A stretch of 64,000 nucleotides of DNA from Alphaproteobacteria bacterium (GCA_016699305.1 CP064970.1:522066-586065); one strand, 5' to 3'; shown: positions 45,161-55,289, counted from the first letter of the stretch. Notes: generated from the sequence alone by a model not told the origin. Translations and numbers: made by a program.

Positions 45161-46405
45161 TCAGGAAAAACGTCTCTTGGAATCAAGGGCTAGGCCGGTG
45201 GCAACGCTGGCGAAGGCGTCAGTTTCCTGGACGCGCGCGGTGGGTACGGCCAAGGCGATGGCTTGATGCACGGCCGGAATGCGCGAAGCTCCGCCGGTGC
45301 AAACCACGCTGCCGATCCGCTGCGCCGGAACGCCCGAGTCTTGAATGGTCCGCGCGAGGGCCTGGCTCATGCGTTCGATATGAGACTGGTTTTCCTGTTC
45401 AAACACCGCGCGGCTGGCGGGGATGCACAGGTCTTTTTGGCAAAAACCGAGATCCAGCGACGTCATATCGGCACTCGATAGACGTATCTTAGCGGATTCG
45501 ACCTCAAAGGATAGGCGGTGCCCAAAACGGTTTTCGATCACATGGATCAATCTATCGATCAGTTCCGGATGCTCGGCCTCGCGCCGGATATGTCGCAGCT
45601 CGGCCACCGTGCGGTGGGTATAGAGCAAATGGATGCGGTGCCAACTGGACAAATCGAAATAGCATCGGGCGGGAATGGGCAGATGTTTATGATGCGTGAA
45701 GCTGCCATAGCCAAGGGCGGGCATGGCACAGGCCATGCTGAGGCAACGGTCAAAGTCGTTGCCGCCGATATGCACGCCGCCATTGGCCAGGATGTCTTGA
45801 TGTCTTTCGATTTGTGCGCGGCGATCCGGCCCCACGCGCACCACGGAAAAATCCGATGTGCCGCCGCCGATATCAGCGATTAAGACAAGCTCTTCTCCGG
45901 TGACGCGCTGCTCGTAATCGAAGGCTGCGGCAATGGGCTCGAATTGAAAGGCGATATGCCTAAACCCCGCCAGACGCGCGGCGTGTTCCAATTGCTCTTG
46001 CGCCAGGGCATCGGCTTTTTTGTCATAATCGACGAAAAAGACCGGACGGCCCAGCACCACATTCTCAGCCAGATCGCCGGTTTCGGCCTTGGCCTTTTTG
46101 CGCAGATGGTCAAGGAAAGTGGCCACGATCTCGACAAAAGTCGTGGATCGCTTGTTGATCATGGTGCGGTCTTCGGCCAGGGCGGTGCCCAGAATGCTTT
46201 TGATGGAGCGCATGAACCGCCCAGGCAGAGCATCGGCATAAGCCGTCATGGCCGCGCGACCAAAAGCCACGCCGCCGGCCGTGTCAAAGAACAAGACGGT
46301 GGGAAGGGTGGGCTGGTCGTTTTCTAAATCAATCAGACCGACGCCTTCAGGGCGCACCACGCCTATGGCGGAGTTCGATGTTCCAAAATCGATACCGATG
46401 AACAT
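45161..46405 (-). CDS. Hsp70-family ATPase, YegD-like
   Basis: MFIGIDFGTSNSAIGVV… (DnaK phosphate-1 motif), …LIADIGGGTSDFSVV… (phosphate-2) and actin-like ATPase connect regions. 414 aa with no substrate-binding domain. Confidence 0.8.
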   Translation of the reverse strand: MFIGIDFGTSNSAIGVVRPEGVGLIDLENDQPTLPTVLFFDTAGGVAFGRAAMTAYADALPGRFMRSIKSILGTALAEDRTMINKRSTTFVEIVATFLDHLRKKAKAETGDLAENVVLGRPVFFVDYDKKADALAQEQLEHAARLAGFRHIAFQFEPIAAAFDYEQRVTGEELVLIADIGGGTSDFSVVRVGPDRRAQIERHQDILANGGVHIGGNDFDRCLSMACAMPALGYGSFTHHKHLPIPARCYFDLSSWHRIHLLYTHRTVAELRHIRREAEHPELIDRLIHVIENRFGHRLSFEVESAKIRLSSADMTSLDLGFCQKDLCIPASRAVFEQENQSHIERMSQALARTIQDSGVPAQRIGSVVCTGGASRIPAVHQAIALAVPTARVQETDAFASVATGLALDSKRRFS

Positions 46406-46474
46406 AGGCTTTATCCCTAAAGGGGAGGGTCATGTATCATGCATTTTCCGAGTGCGTCAAGAAATAGGCGCGCG

Positions 46475-47125
46475 TTACTTCGTCACGCAATCCGTGCGTG
46501 GACCGTGAGTGTGGCAGCGCGTGCGCTGGGGGCGGTTCATGGCGCGGATCATTTCCTGCTGCATATACCATTGCATCATGGCGTCGGATTCGGCCTGACG
46601 CTGGGCCAGTTCGGTTTGATGCGCGTTGTCCAGATCGCGCTTGATTTGCACAGAGGCGGCGGCGAATTGAGGCATCATCTCGGCCACAATCCGTTGATCC
46701 TCTTGCGCGGCCTGACCCCATGTGAGCTGGCGTTTGACAAGGCGCAGCATCACCTCGTCCCGACGTGTCATCAGGTTATTCATGATCGGCACAAGGCTTG
46801 GGGTCACGGACCACATCTCGTCCATGGCCACCTTTTTACAAGGAATCTTGTCATCATGCAGGGCCATCAGAAGCTTGGCTTCGGCCTTGGTGGGCTTGGT
46901 GTCGTCCGTTAGCTCCGCCATTCTATAATCGGGATTGTCGGGTGTGGTGATGTGACGAATGATGGGCAGATATTGCGGCTTGCTGTTCGCCGCTTGGATA
47001 CAAGCCTTCAGGTTGTTCATCGAAACCTGGCTAACTTGCGCGATTTTTTGGGATTCTTGTTGAGCCGCTGTGGCCGTACAGGCGGCCAAGGACACAGCGA
47101 CAAGACATAGCATCAGCATCCGCAT
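46475..47125 (-). CDS. putative lipoprotein, function unknown
   Basis: Signal peptide with lipobox (LAAC). Otherwise unrecognised. Confidence 0.45.
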   Translation of the reverse strand: MRMLMLCLVAVSLAACTATAAQQESQKIAQVSQVSMNNLKACIQAANSKPQYLPIIRHITTPDNPDYRMAELTDDTKPTKAEAKLLMALHDDKIPCKKVAMDEMWSVTPSLVPIMNNLMTRRDEVMLRLVKRQLTWGQAAQEDQRIVAEMMPQFAAASVQIKRDLDNAHQTELAQRQAESDAMMQWYMQQEMIRAMNRPQRTRCHTHGPRTDCVTK

Positions 47126-47202
47126 GGCCCGCTCCCTTAAGATGGGTTCAAGCGGGGATGGTGCCAGAGCTTTTCGTCATTCTTGTGACAAGAAACCGTT
47201 TC

Positions 47203-48303
47203 TTACACGTTGAACTTAAAGTGCATGATGTCGCCGTCCACGACCAGATATTCTTTGCCTTCCTGGCGTACCTTGCCGGCTTCGCGGCAAGCCGACTCGC
47301 CGCCCAGGCGGACGTAATCGTCATAAGCGATGGTCTCGGCGCGGATAAAGCCGCGTTCGAAATCGGTGTGGATGGCCCCAGCGGCTTGCGGAGCCTTAGC
47401 CCCGTGAGGGATGGTCCATGCGCGGGTTTCTTTGGGACCTACGGTAAAGAAGGTGATCAGGTCAAGCAGGGTATATCCCGCGCGGATCACTCGGTTCAGG
47501 CCGGGTTCGTCCAGGCTTAGCGTGTCGAGAAAGTCTTTCTGCTCTTCCGGCGCAAGCTGGGCGATTTCCGACTCGATGGCGGCACTGATAATCACCGCCG
47601 CGCCGCCCTCGCTTTTTGCCATGGCAGCGACCTTGGCCGCCAGCGCGTTGCCGGTGGCCGCCTCGCTTTCACCGACATTGCACGCATACAAGACCGGCTT
47701 GGCCGTCAATAATTGCAGAGTTTGCAAACGCGCCGCGTCTTCATGGGATAGTTCCGTGCGCAAACGGCGCACGGGTTTGCCCTCGCGCAGCAGGGCCAGG
47801 GCTTGTTCCATCACGGGGGCGATAGCCTTTGACTCCATGTCACCGGCGCGAGCCTTCTTGACGGTCGCATCGGTGCGACGCTCTAAGGAATCGAGATCGG
47901 CCAGCATCAACTCGGTCTCAACCGTGGCGGCATCGCGCAACGGATCCACCGAGCCTTCCACATGAGTCACCTCGCCCTCGAAGCAGCGCAGCACATGCAC
48001 CAGGGCATCGACTTGGCGGATATGCCCCAAAAATTGGTTGCCCAATCCTTCGCCCTTGCTGGCCCCGCGCACCAGTCCGGCGATATCCACAAATTCCAGC
48101 TGAGTGGGCACTGTTTTGACGGAGTTGGCCAATATCGCCAATCGGTCGATCCGTTCATCCGGCACCGCCACGCGGCCCACATTCGGCTCGATGGTGCAAA
48201 AAGGATAATTCGCAGCCTGCGCCGACATGGTGCGCGTGAGGGCGTTGAACAAGGTGGATTTGCCGACATTGGGCAAACCGATGATGCCGCAGTTAAAGCC
48301 CAT
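47203..48303 (-). CDS. ychF: ribosome-binding ATPase YchF
   Basis: [23 protein letters not shown]… G1 motif, TGS C-terminal domain. Internal start at 48303; the tool ORF extends to 48354. Confidence 0.95.
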   Translation of the reverse strand: MGFNCGIIGLPNVGKSTLFNALTRTMSAQAANYPFCTIEPNVGRVAVPDERIDRLAILANSVKTVPTQLEFVDIAGLVRGASKGEGLGNQFLGHIRQVDALVHVLRCFEGEVTHVEGSVDPLRDAATVETELMLADLDSLERRTDATVKKARAGDMESKAIAPVMEQALALLREGKPVRRLRTELSHEDAARLQTLQLLTAKPVLYACNVGESEAATGNALAAKVAAMAKSEGGAAVIISAAIESEIAQLAPEEQKDFLDTLSLDEPGLNRVIRAGYTLLDLITFFTVGPKETRAWTIPHGAKAPQAAGAIHTDFERGFIRAETIAYDDYVRLGGESACREAGKVRQEGKEYLVVDGDIMHFKFNV

Positions 48304-48925
48304 GGGAAGAAGCCTTTTCAGTGTTTTTGGGAGCCGCCTTGTCTTGCATGGCAATAGCCACGCGACTGGCGAAGGTGTCGTTCTGGCCTGTCAGCATCAA
48401 GGGCAATTCTCGCGCCACGACAGACAGCCACAGGCTAAGGGGGGCTTGCTCGTCATCGCCAAAGCGGCTGAGAACATGGCCGGTCACGTCTTCGCGCTCG
48501 CCCGGATGGCCTATCCCCATGCGTATGCGCCAATAATCCGTGCCGATTTGCTGGTCGATGGAGCGTAGGCCGTTGTGTCCGCCCGCGCCGCCGCCGCGTT
48601 TCACGCGAAGTTTGCCAAAGGCCAAGTCCAGATCGTCGTGGAACACGATCAATTGGCCGGGCTTGGCCCGGCAGGCTTGCAGCATCGGGCCGACGGATTG
48701 GCCGGAAAGATTCATGAATGTTTGCGGCTTAAGCAGAACAAGGCGGTGTTCCCCAATGCTTCCTTCGGCTATCAGAGCGTCCCGACTCTTTTTCCAAGCG
48801 GGGAAGCCATAAGCTTGCGCCACCGCATCCAAGGCCAGAAAGCCGATATTGTGGCGTGTGCCGGAATAGGCAGGGCCGGGATTCCCCAGCCCTGCCAATA
48901 TCCAGTGAGTGCCTTGCAAAGACAA
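48293..48925 (-). CDS. pth: peptidyl-tRNA hydrolase
   Basis: …WILAGLGNPGPAYSGTRHNIGF… and GHNG motifs. Confidence 0.9.
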   Translation of the reverse strand: MSLQGTHWILAGLGNPGPAYSGTRHNIGFLALDAVAQAYGFPAWKKSRDALIAEGSIGEHRLVLLKPQTFMNLSGQSVGPMLQACRAKPGQLIVFHDDLDLAFGKLRVKRGGGAGGHNGLRSIDQQIGTDYWRIRMGIGHPGEREDVTGHVLSRFGDDEQAPLSLWLSVVARELPLMLTGQNDTFASRVAIAMQDKAAPKNTEKASSHGL

Positions 48926-48949
48926 GACGGAACCAGACGTGAAGGCGTG

Positions 48950-49675
48950 TTAGGCCTTCTTGCCTTTGTCGCCACCGCCCGCAGGGGCCTTGCCCTTGTC
49001 GCCGCTGGCAGGCGTTTTGCCGCCAGCTGCAGGGGTGCCTTCGGCTTTCTTCTCGCCTTCGGCAGCGCCTTCGCCTTCGCCCGATTCGGACTTCTCTTCC
49101 GAACGTTGGGCAGATGGCGCGGCGATGGTGGCGATGGTGGTATCCATCTCAATCATCGGCGTGACATCTTTGGGCATGCTGACATTGGACAAATGAATCG
49201 TATCGCCAATGTCCAAGCTGCCAATATCCGCCACCAATTTTTCGGGGATGTTCTCGGCCGAGCACATCACGTCGATTTCATGCAGAACGATGTTCAGCAT
49301 GCCGCCGCGCTTGATGCCTGGCGAGGTCTCGATGTTCAGGAATTCCATGGGCACATGGGTGTGCACGCGCGTGTTCTTGCCCACGCGCAGGAAATCCATA
49401 TGGATCGGCTGATCCGTGACCGGATCGCGCTGAATGTCGCGCGGCAATACGCGATGCTTCGTGCCATCCACGTCCAGCTCAATGATATGGCTGAAGAAGC
49501 CGGCACGACGGATGGTCTTGACGACTTCAAAGCCGTCCAGGGAAAGCATCACCGGCGTTTCACCGCCGCCATAAATGACCGCCGGCACACGATTGGCGCG
49601 ACGTGTCGTACGAGCGGCCCCCTTGCCGGCTCGGTCCCGCCGCTGCGCGGCGAGAGCAACTGTTGTCTGGCTCAT
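48950..49675 (-). CDS. rplY: 50S ribosomal protein L25 / general stress protein Ctc, with a low-complexity K/G/A/E tail
   Basis: MSQTTVALAAQRRDRAGKGAARTTRRANRVPAVIYGG… is the L25 N-domain. ATG at 49675. Confidence 0.9.
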   Translation of the reverse strand: MSQTTVALAAQRRDRAGKGAARTTRRANRVPAVIYGGGETPVMLSLDGFEVVKTIRRAGFFSHIIELDVDGTKHRVLPRDIQRDPVTDQPIHMDFLRVGKNTRVHTHVPMEFLNIETSPGIKRGGMLNIVLHEIDVMCSAENIPEKLVADIGSLDIGDTIHLSNVSMPKDVTPMIEMDTTIATIAAPSAQRSEEKSESGEGEGAAEGEKKAEGTPAAGGKTPASGDKGKAPAGGGDKGKKA

Positions 49676-49818
49676 TGGCCCATACTCCTTGATTAAGACA
49701 CAACAACCCCCTGGCCTCCAAGGGTGCCTCGGTGGGTGCGCTTTGATAGCAGGTTTTTTGTGGGAATGGAAAGAGTTGCATGCCGTTTCATACAAAGAAA
49801 CGGCATGGCTGCATGGAT

Positions 49819-49992
49819 TTACGGGAAAAGGCTTAACAAACGCTGATAGAAGGTCTGATCAATCTTCGTGCCCAGACCGCTTAGCGCGCCAAGAATGGCG
49901 ATCGAAACCATGCCCGCGACCAAGGCGTATTCGATGGATGTCGCGGCGGCTTCATCTTTGAATAATGCTTTAAAGTCTAGGAGTTCGTACAT
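49819..49992 (-). CDS. Flp/Fap family type IVb pilin precursor
   Basis: 57 aa, MYELLDFKALFKDEAAATSIEYALVAGMVSIAILGALSGLGTKIDQTFYQRLLSLFP, carries the Flp motif (TSIEYALVA). It is below the ORF-track length cutoff. Found by reading the reverse strand. Confidence 0.75.
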   Translation of the reverse strand: MYELLDFKALFKDEAAATSIEYALVAGMVSIAILGALSGLGTKIDQTFYQRLLSLFP

Positions 49993-50044
49993 GCATGCCC
50001 CCCGCCTGCATCACGATGCGTTTGTCCCTATACGGATCAGGACA

Positions 50045-50092
50045 CAAAAAAACTCCCGCCGACGGGGGGGCATAGAGGGGCCCCCCCGCGGC
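50045..50092 (-). terminator. rho-independent terminator between the two flp genes
   Basis: G7…C7 stem extended by gccg/cggc (about 12 bp) with a 10-nt loop (50058-50092). The minus-strand RNA continues GGGAG then U7 (plus-strand A7 at 50046-52). Confidence 0.5.
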
Positions 50093-50129
50093 TGGAGCCA
50101 AGCCAAGTTCGACTTGGCGGACGTCCGGC

Positions 50130-50282
50130 CTTATGGAAGCGCGGCGTCGACCTTGCTAAAGGTGTTCGACAGTTTCGGACCAAGGGCTGTCAACACACCG
50201 ACGATCGCAACGGCAATCAGGGCAGCGATCAAGCCATATTCAATGGCGGTGGCGCCCGATTCATCTCTTAGCATCTTCATCA
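50130..50282 (-). CDS. Flp/Fap family type IVb pilin precursor
   Basis: 50 aa, MMKMLRDESGATAIEYGLIAALIAVAIVGVLTALGPKLSNTFSKVDAALP, with a canonical G/ATAIEYG prepilin-peptidase site. Below the ORF-track cutoff. Confidence 0.75.
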
Positions 50283-50283
50283 T

Positions 50284-50700
50284 GGGACATTCCTCCGTTC
50301 CCTAGTTGACCGACGGTACCGTACTGATTTATTCGATGGGTCTTTCAAACCCACGATGTCATCATAGCGTTACAGTACTTAAATAATCGTAAAAAAACCG
50401 AACAATCATCATTAATATGCAGTAAATTCTTAGATAAAATTCTATTTCAATTTTATTTAAAGTCAGTTAATTATAGTATTACTTGATATAAGCAATATTT
50501 TTAATTAGAATATTTTTATCATTGTACTAATATTATCATATAAAGACAGGATATGTCATAGATAATGTTACATTAAATTTGATTTATTCCAATCGATCCA
50601 TACCTTAAATATATTTCATATTTTTTTATAACTGGAGTGACATTTCCATTCATTATGGAAAAGCGGGAACTTCTTTTTAGAGATTCCATTGAAGCAACGC
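50284..50700 (-). promoter_or_regulatory. extremely AT-rich (about 25% GC) upstream region of the flp pilin genes; probable promoter and regulatory region
   Basis: About 400 bp of A/T-rich sequence with many TATA/TTAA runs, directly 5' of flp gene 2. The ORF 50573..50947(-) drawn through it is unlikely to be real. Confidence 0.35.
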
Positions 50701-50933
50701 ATGTGTTGCTTGGCTTGATTCTAGAAAACGGCCTTCTTTGAGGGCAACTAATCCAGGCCGGGTCCGAACCGATTTGGGGCCGGCCTACCCCCATGCTAGA
50801 CACAATAAAACCGTTACTCCCCACGATGTTAGTCAGCATGAAGAGCTTGCACAACGATAGGCGGGCGTAGCGTAAACCCGCTACGACCACACCACAAACA
50901 GATGGTAGGGACTGGGCAGGTGCTACGCTCTTC

Positions 50934-52187
50934 CTACCCAGCCTCATAGCTCAGCACTTGTCCGCGCGGCGTGGTGATAGACAGTTTCCGCCCATGTCTA
51001 TTTGGCAAAGATTCGACTCGGCCCAGAGTGTGCGTCTTGATACCGACAGCATGGGCCAGGCTAGTGATCGTGGCAACGGCCTTGGGATCGCAGACGATCT
51101 CCATGCCCCAGCCCATATTGAAGGAGGGATACATATCCTCATCCGGCAACTGGGTCTCACGCTGGACGAACTGGGAGAAGGGCGAGACAGGCACATCGTC
51201 TTTGACATAATGCACGCCCTTGCCAAATCCCAGGCCTTTGGTTTGACCGCCGCCTGTGTTGTGGATCACGGCGGATAGCTGCGAGCGGCACTCGCGGAAT
51301 ATCAGCGCCATCAATGGCAGATAGGTGCGCGTGGGGGAAAGCAATGCATCTTGAACCGTCATGCCATTCAGTTCAGGAATTCCATCGGCCAGGTGGCACG
51401 GGCCGGCATAGGCTTTTTCGCCCAAACGCGCCTCGAATGTGTCGGGATAAGCGCGATAATCGGAGTGCAGCAGGCGATGGCGCAGCAAGGTCAGCCCGTT
51501 GGCGCGGACGCCTGAATTGGGACGATCTTCCCAAACCGCCTGACCGTCCGAAGCCAATCCCACAATGACATGGCCGGGTTTGACTTTGCTGGCATTGATG
51601 AAATCACGGCGATCCATCTCGGTGACCATGGCCACATTTAGCAATAGGCTGGGCGTTAGGTCGCTGACATCGGCGGTCTCGCCAGATCCGATGCGAAGAT
51701 GAATAGCGTCTTGGTACCCACAGATTTCTTTCGTCACGTTATGGATATGCGCGGCGAAATCATGATAACCGCCGATGATGGCCGCCAGAATAGGATCGGC
51801 ATCGGCGCGCGAAATTCGATTGCGATCCACCACATTCATCACATGAAACGGGCCGAGCGCTCCGACGCAAAGCAAGTCATCCGTATTCATCACCAGGGCA
51901 TCTTGCGCCAGGCCAGCAAAAATGCTTTTGGCCAATTCGGTGCGCACCTGGGCAGATGTGTGAGGTTGAATCTGTGTCAGATAGACCAGCCACGCCAATG
52001 CGGCCTTGGTCCCTGCCCCGTCCACGTGATCGAGCATGCATGTGCCTAGATTGCCGCTGAGGCTGGGCCAAGCCTTACAAAAAGCCCCCGGGAAAATGCT
52101 CTGATCGTTTTGATCAACCACGTCATGCACGGCTTCTTTGCTTGTGGACACACCAAGTTTTGCGTAAGCGGCGGACTCGACGGCCAT
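50934..52187 (-). CDS. AIR-synthase-related protein (PurM-like superfamily, not canonical PurM)
   Basis: 417 aa with PurM-superfamily N- and C-domain character (…DAGVD-like HVDGAGTKA…, Gly-rich C-terminal region). It does not match the canonical PurM N-terminus or length. Confidence 0.55.
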   Translation of the reverse strand: MAVESAAYAKLGVSTSKEAVHDVVDQNDQSIFPGAFCKAWPSLSGNLGTCMLDHVDGAGTKAALAWLVYLTQIQPHTSAQVRTELAKSIFAGLAQDALVMNTDDLLCVGALGPFHVMNVVDRNRISRADADPILAAIIGGYHDFAAHIHNVTKEICGYQDAIHLRIGSGETADVSDLTPSLLLNVAMVTEMDRRDFINASKVKPGHVIVGLASDGQAVWEDRPNSGVRANGLTLLRHRLLHSDYRAYPDTFEARLGEKAYAGPCHLADGIPELNGMTVQDALLSPTRTYLPLMALIFRECRSQLSAVIHNTGGGQTKGLGFGKGVHYVKDDVPVSPFSQFVQRETQLPDEDMYPSFNMGWGMEIVCDPKAVATITSLAHAVGIKTHTLGRVESLPNRHGRKLSITTPRGQVLSYEAG

Positions 52188-52515
52188 GGATGTATTCTCC
52201 TAGAATTAGAACGGATGCCCAGCCGTTATAATTTTCTTTCCGTCTAATGACAATGGATATTGTCCACATTTCTTACCGAAGGGGCTTCTACATCGAGGCG
52301 TTGAGGAAAGCGATGGCCAAACACGGCAAACTGGAAATCTTCAACACGGATATCCTATGATTCTATAGCCGAGATGTTTTGTATGCGTGCCAAATATTTC
52401 GGCTTACACCCTAATTCTCGACATAAATAGGACCATTGCATTCCCATCTGCACTCTATGATCATGAATGATGTTAGCGTTCGAATCATCGATGATTCTGT
52501 GAGAAGAGGTGAAGC

Positions 52516-52908
52516 ATGTATCAACGCACCACGCGCAGTATCAGCGTCAGCGTCCAGCCGATTTTCTTGGAGGACGAGTCGGAGCCCGACAGCAATCGCT
52601 ATGTCTGGGCTTACCATATCCGGATCGAGAATAAAGGCCGCGAGACGGTCCAGCTGCGCCAACGCTATTGGAAGATCACCGACGCGCATGGCCATACCGC
52701 CGAACTGCGCGGCGCGGGGGTCGTGGGTGAGCAACCCGTTTTGAACCCAGGCGAAAGCTTTGAATACACCAGCGGAACCCCATTGACGACGCCCACCGGA
52801 ATCATGCTGGGCAGCTATGAGATGTCAACCCAGCAAGGGGAGACCTTCGAAGTCCCAATCCCGCCCTTTTCATTGGACAGTCCGCATCATCCGATGGTCA
52901 GGCATTAG
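52516..52908 (+). CDS. apaG: ApaG (DUF525) protein
   Basis: …YVWAYHIRIENKGRETVQLRQRYWKITDAHGHTAELRGAGVVGEQPVLNPGESFEYTSGTPL… is a very typical ApaG. Confidence 0.9.
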   Translation: MYQRTTRSISVSVQPIFLEDESEPDSNRYVWAYHIRIENKGRETVQLRQRYWKITDAHGHTAELRGAGVVGEQPVLNPGESFEYTSGTPLTTPTGIMLGSYEMSTQQGETFEVPIPPFSLDSPHHPMVRH

Positions 52909-53654
52909 AACGGCATGATGACGTCCAAGACCTGCTGACCGTAACGCGGTTGTTGCACGTCGATGATCTGGCCACGCCCACCATACGAGACTCGGGCTTC
53001 GGCGATCTGGTCGTAATTCACCGAATTGGCCGAGCTGATATCCTCGGGCCGCACAACGCCGGCCACGGTCAATTCACGCATTTCGTAGTTCACCACGATT
53101 TGTTGTTTCCCTTGTAGGACCAGATTTCCATTCGGGAGGACCTGGGTAATCATCGCGGCCACGCGCAATTGAATCGTCTCGCCGCGATCAATTTCGCCCG
53201 AGCCGGAATTGCTGGTTTTGCTGCTCAGATCCACCAGTTTTTCAGGGTCCACCGCATCGGGGAAATATTTGGCCAACTTACTTTCAAAGCCCCATAGGCT
53301 GGGCATGCCCGCGCTGTCGCTATTGTCGCGGCCACGCTTGGTCTTATTCGACATCTTGGCCTTTTCATCCAAGTTGATATTGATGGTCAAGATATCCCCC
53401 ACCCTACTGGCACGCTGGTCACGGAAAAATGCGCGCGAGCCTGCCCGCCACAACGAATTGGGCTGACGATTATCGGGCATCGGCGTGGGCATGGGCAGGC
53501 TGACCGTTTGCGCCTGAGCGGGCGGAGGCGCGATCTGCGCCAGCTTTGGCGCGGAGCCGATCTCCTCGAACCGCGAACCGGCATTGCATCCGGGCAAGGC
53601 CAGGACGGCAATCAAGGCAGCCGTACCCACGGCGCGGCACGAGAAAGGCTTCAT
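52905..53654 (-). CDS. flgH: flagellar L-ring lipoprotein FlgH
   Basis: Lipobox (LPGC) and the FlgH core (…GDILTININ…NGNLVLQGKQQIVVNYEMRELTVAGVVRPEDI…). Confidence 0.9.
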   Translation of the reverse strand: MKPFSCRAVGTAALIAVLALPGCNAGSRFEEIGSAPKLAQIAPPPAQAQTVSLPMPTPMPDNRQPNSLWRAGSRAFFRDQRASRVGDILTININLDEKAKMSNKTKRGRDNSDSAGMPSLWGFESKLAKYFPDAVDPEKLVDLSSKTSNSGSGEIDRGETIQLRVAAMITQVLPNGNLVLQGKQQIVVNYEMRELTVAGVVRPEDISSANSVNYDQIAEARVSYGGRGQIIDVQQPRYGQQVLDVIMPF

Positions 53655-54430
53655 GGAATATCCCCTTGTGTCTGTTGAATCTGGGCAGTTTGACGGCTCT
53701 CTTGCGGCAGATTGACCTCGACCAAACCGCTGCCTATCACGACGGCCTCGATGGTGCGGTTGCTTTGCGTATTCAAGATGCGTACGACCTCGCCCTTAGC
53801 GCCATCTTGTTGCGCGCGGCCTTGCATCGACATGTGCAAAACGGGGGAGCGCACTTCCACCGTCACCGGCTTGCCGCGCAAGACCAGGCGTTCGGCCTGC
53901 ACATCAGCGCGGCGCAGAGGTTGACCGACCAACAAGGCACGGCGCGCCTCCTTACCGATCAACGAACCGGCATCCTGGATGGCATCTCCCGACACGCGAT
54001 CGGCGGGCCATAGCTGGTCTTCAAGGTCCACGGCGCGCACCACCTCGCCCAATTCGATCCGGCGCACAGGAACGGGAAGGCTGATTTGCGTGTTCACGCG
54101 ACCCGTCACCGTCACCACATCCTCACCCGCCGTCAGGCTGGCAGTGAAGAAATTGCGAGATTTCTCATAAGTGATATCCGCAACGCGCGCCATGCCATGC
54201 CCATCGGCAGGCAGCTTTAGACTGATCGTGCTTTGGCCGGGCAAGACGGTCCAGGACGCGCCGTCCACTTTGTCATGCAAGGCTTCCGTCAACAGGCCCA
54301 CCAACGCGGCGCGATCCAGGCTGACCCGGTTATCAGCGCCCGTTGCGATCTGCGGCGCGCCAAACATGACCAAGGCCAACACAGCCATGATCTCGAATCT
54401 AAGTGCTCTTGCTATCTGCCTTCGTGTCAT
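53651..54430 (-). CDS. flgA: flagellar P-ring assembly chaperone FlgA
   Basis: Signal peptide plus a C-terminal SAF/FlgA domain (…VLRGKPVTVEVRS…GEVVRILNTQSNRTIEAVVIG…). Overlaps the flgH start by 4 nt. Confidence 0.75.
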   Translation of the reverse strand: MTRRQIARALRFEIMAVLALVMFGAPQIATGADNRVSLDRAALVGLLTEALHDKVDGASWTVLPGQSTISLKLPADGHGMARVADITYEKSRNFFTASLTAGEDVVTVTGRVNTQISLPVPVRRIELGEVVRAVDLEDQLWPADRVSGDAIQDAGSLIGKEARRALLVGQPLRRADVQAERLVLRGKPVTVEVRSPVLHMSMQGRAQQDGAKGEVVRILNTQSNRTIEAVVIGSGLVEVNLPQESRQTAQIQQTQGDIP

Positions 54431-54457
54431 GTCAGCCCCCGAATGCTTTCTTCACGA

Positions 54458-55243
54458 TTAGCGGAGATTGCTTACTTCCTTGGACATTTCGTCGGCCGTC
54501 CGTATCACGCGCGAGTTCATCTCATAGGCGCGTTGGGCGGTGATGAGATTGGTGATCTCGCTGACGATGTTGACGTTCGACGTTTCCAAAGAACCTTGCA
54601 CAACATTGCCAAATCCCACTGCCTGCGGATTGCCCACCACAGGCGAACCCGAAGCCGGGGTTTCGCGCAACAGATTCTCTCCCAAGGATTCGAGACCGGC
54701 GGGGTTGGGAAATGTGGCCAATTGCAGTTGCCCGACATTGCTGGGCGTCGTCTGACCATCAATTTTCGCCTGAATTTGTCCGCTGGCATTGATGGTGATG
54801 CCGACTGTCCCGGCGGGAATAGTCGCCTGAGGAAGAACGGGATAACCGTCTGCCGAGACGATTGCGCCTTCGGCATTGACCTGGAAGGAACCAGCCCGGC
54901 TATAGGCGGTTGTTCCATCGGGCATCTGCACTTGGAAGAATCCCCGACCGTTGATGGCCATGTCCAAGGGATTATCGGTCACGGTGAAATTGCCTTGCTC
55001 GTTGATGCGATACACCGAGGCCGTTTTGACACCCGAACCAAGCTGAATGCCCGAAGGCAAAATGGTGCCCGCATCCGATGATGTCGAACCAACGCGACGA
55101 ACCTGCTGATACAACAGATCTTGAAACTCCGCGCGTTGGCGCTTGAAACCTGTGGTGGACATATTGGCGATATTGTTGGAAATGACTTCCACATTGGTCT
55201 GCTGAGCCAGCATGCCGGTGGCGCCGATATTCATCGTCCTCAT
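54458..55243 (-). CDS. flgG: flagellar distal rod protein FlgG
   Basis: MRTMNIGATGMLAQQTNVEVISNNIANMSTTGFKRQ… and the C-terminus …LITAQRAYEMNSRVIRTADEM…. Confidence 0.95.
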   Translation of the reverse strand: MRTMNIGATGMLAQQTNVEVISNNIANMSTTGFKRQRAEFQDLLYQQVRRVGSTSSDAGTILPSGIQLGSGVKTASVYRINEQGNFTVTDNPLDMAINGRGFFQVQMPDGTTAYSRAGSFQVNAEGAIVSADGYPVLPQATIPAGTVGITINASGQIQAKIDGQTTPSNVGQLQLATFPNPAGLESLGENLLRETPASGSPVVGNPQAVGFGNVVQGSLETSNVNIVSEITNLITAQRAYEMNSRVIRTADEMSKEVSNLR

Positions 55244-55289
55244 GGCATCAATCCTTCCCTCATCGTGTTCTTACTCGATCTCTGGTTCA

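Noticed and set aside
49779-49807. 11-bp inverted repeat (catgccgtttc / gaaacggcatg) just downstream of flp gene 1; considered as its terminator
   Set aside because: A good stem, but no U-tract follows on the minus-strand transcript. It may still act as a stabilising or weak terminator hairpin. Not called as a feature.
49868-50305. 145-aa plus-strand ORF spanning the flp region
   Set aside because: It runs antisense across both Flp pilin genes and their terminators. The Flp motifs on the minus strand are unambiguous.
50573-50947. 124-aa minus-strand ORF in the AT-rich region upstream of flp
   Set aside because: Lies in about 25% GC DNA with no RBS and no protein-like pattern. More plausibly promoter or leader sequence.
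52229-52360. Small ORF (…MTMDIVHISYRRGFYIEALRKAMAKHGKLEIFNTDIL*) upstream of apaG. Considered as a remnant of a DDE transposase / integrase core (…FNTD…).
   Set aside because: Only a short, weak resemblance to the rve catalytic region. There are no inverted repeats, no second ORF and no further transposase sequence. Insufficient to call a mobile-element remnant.
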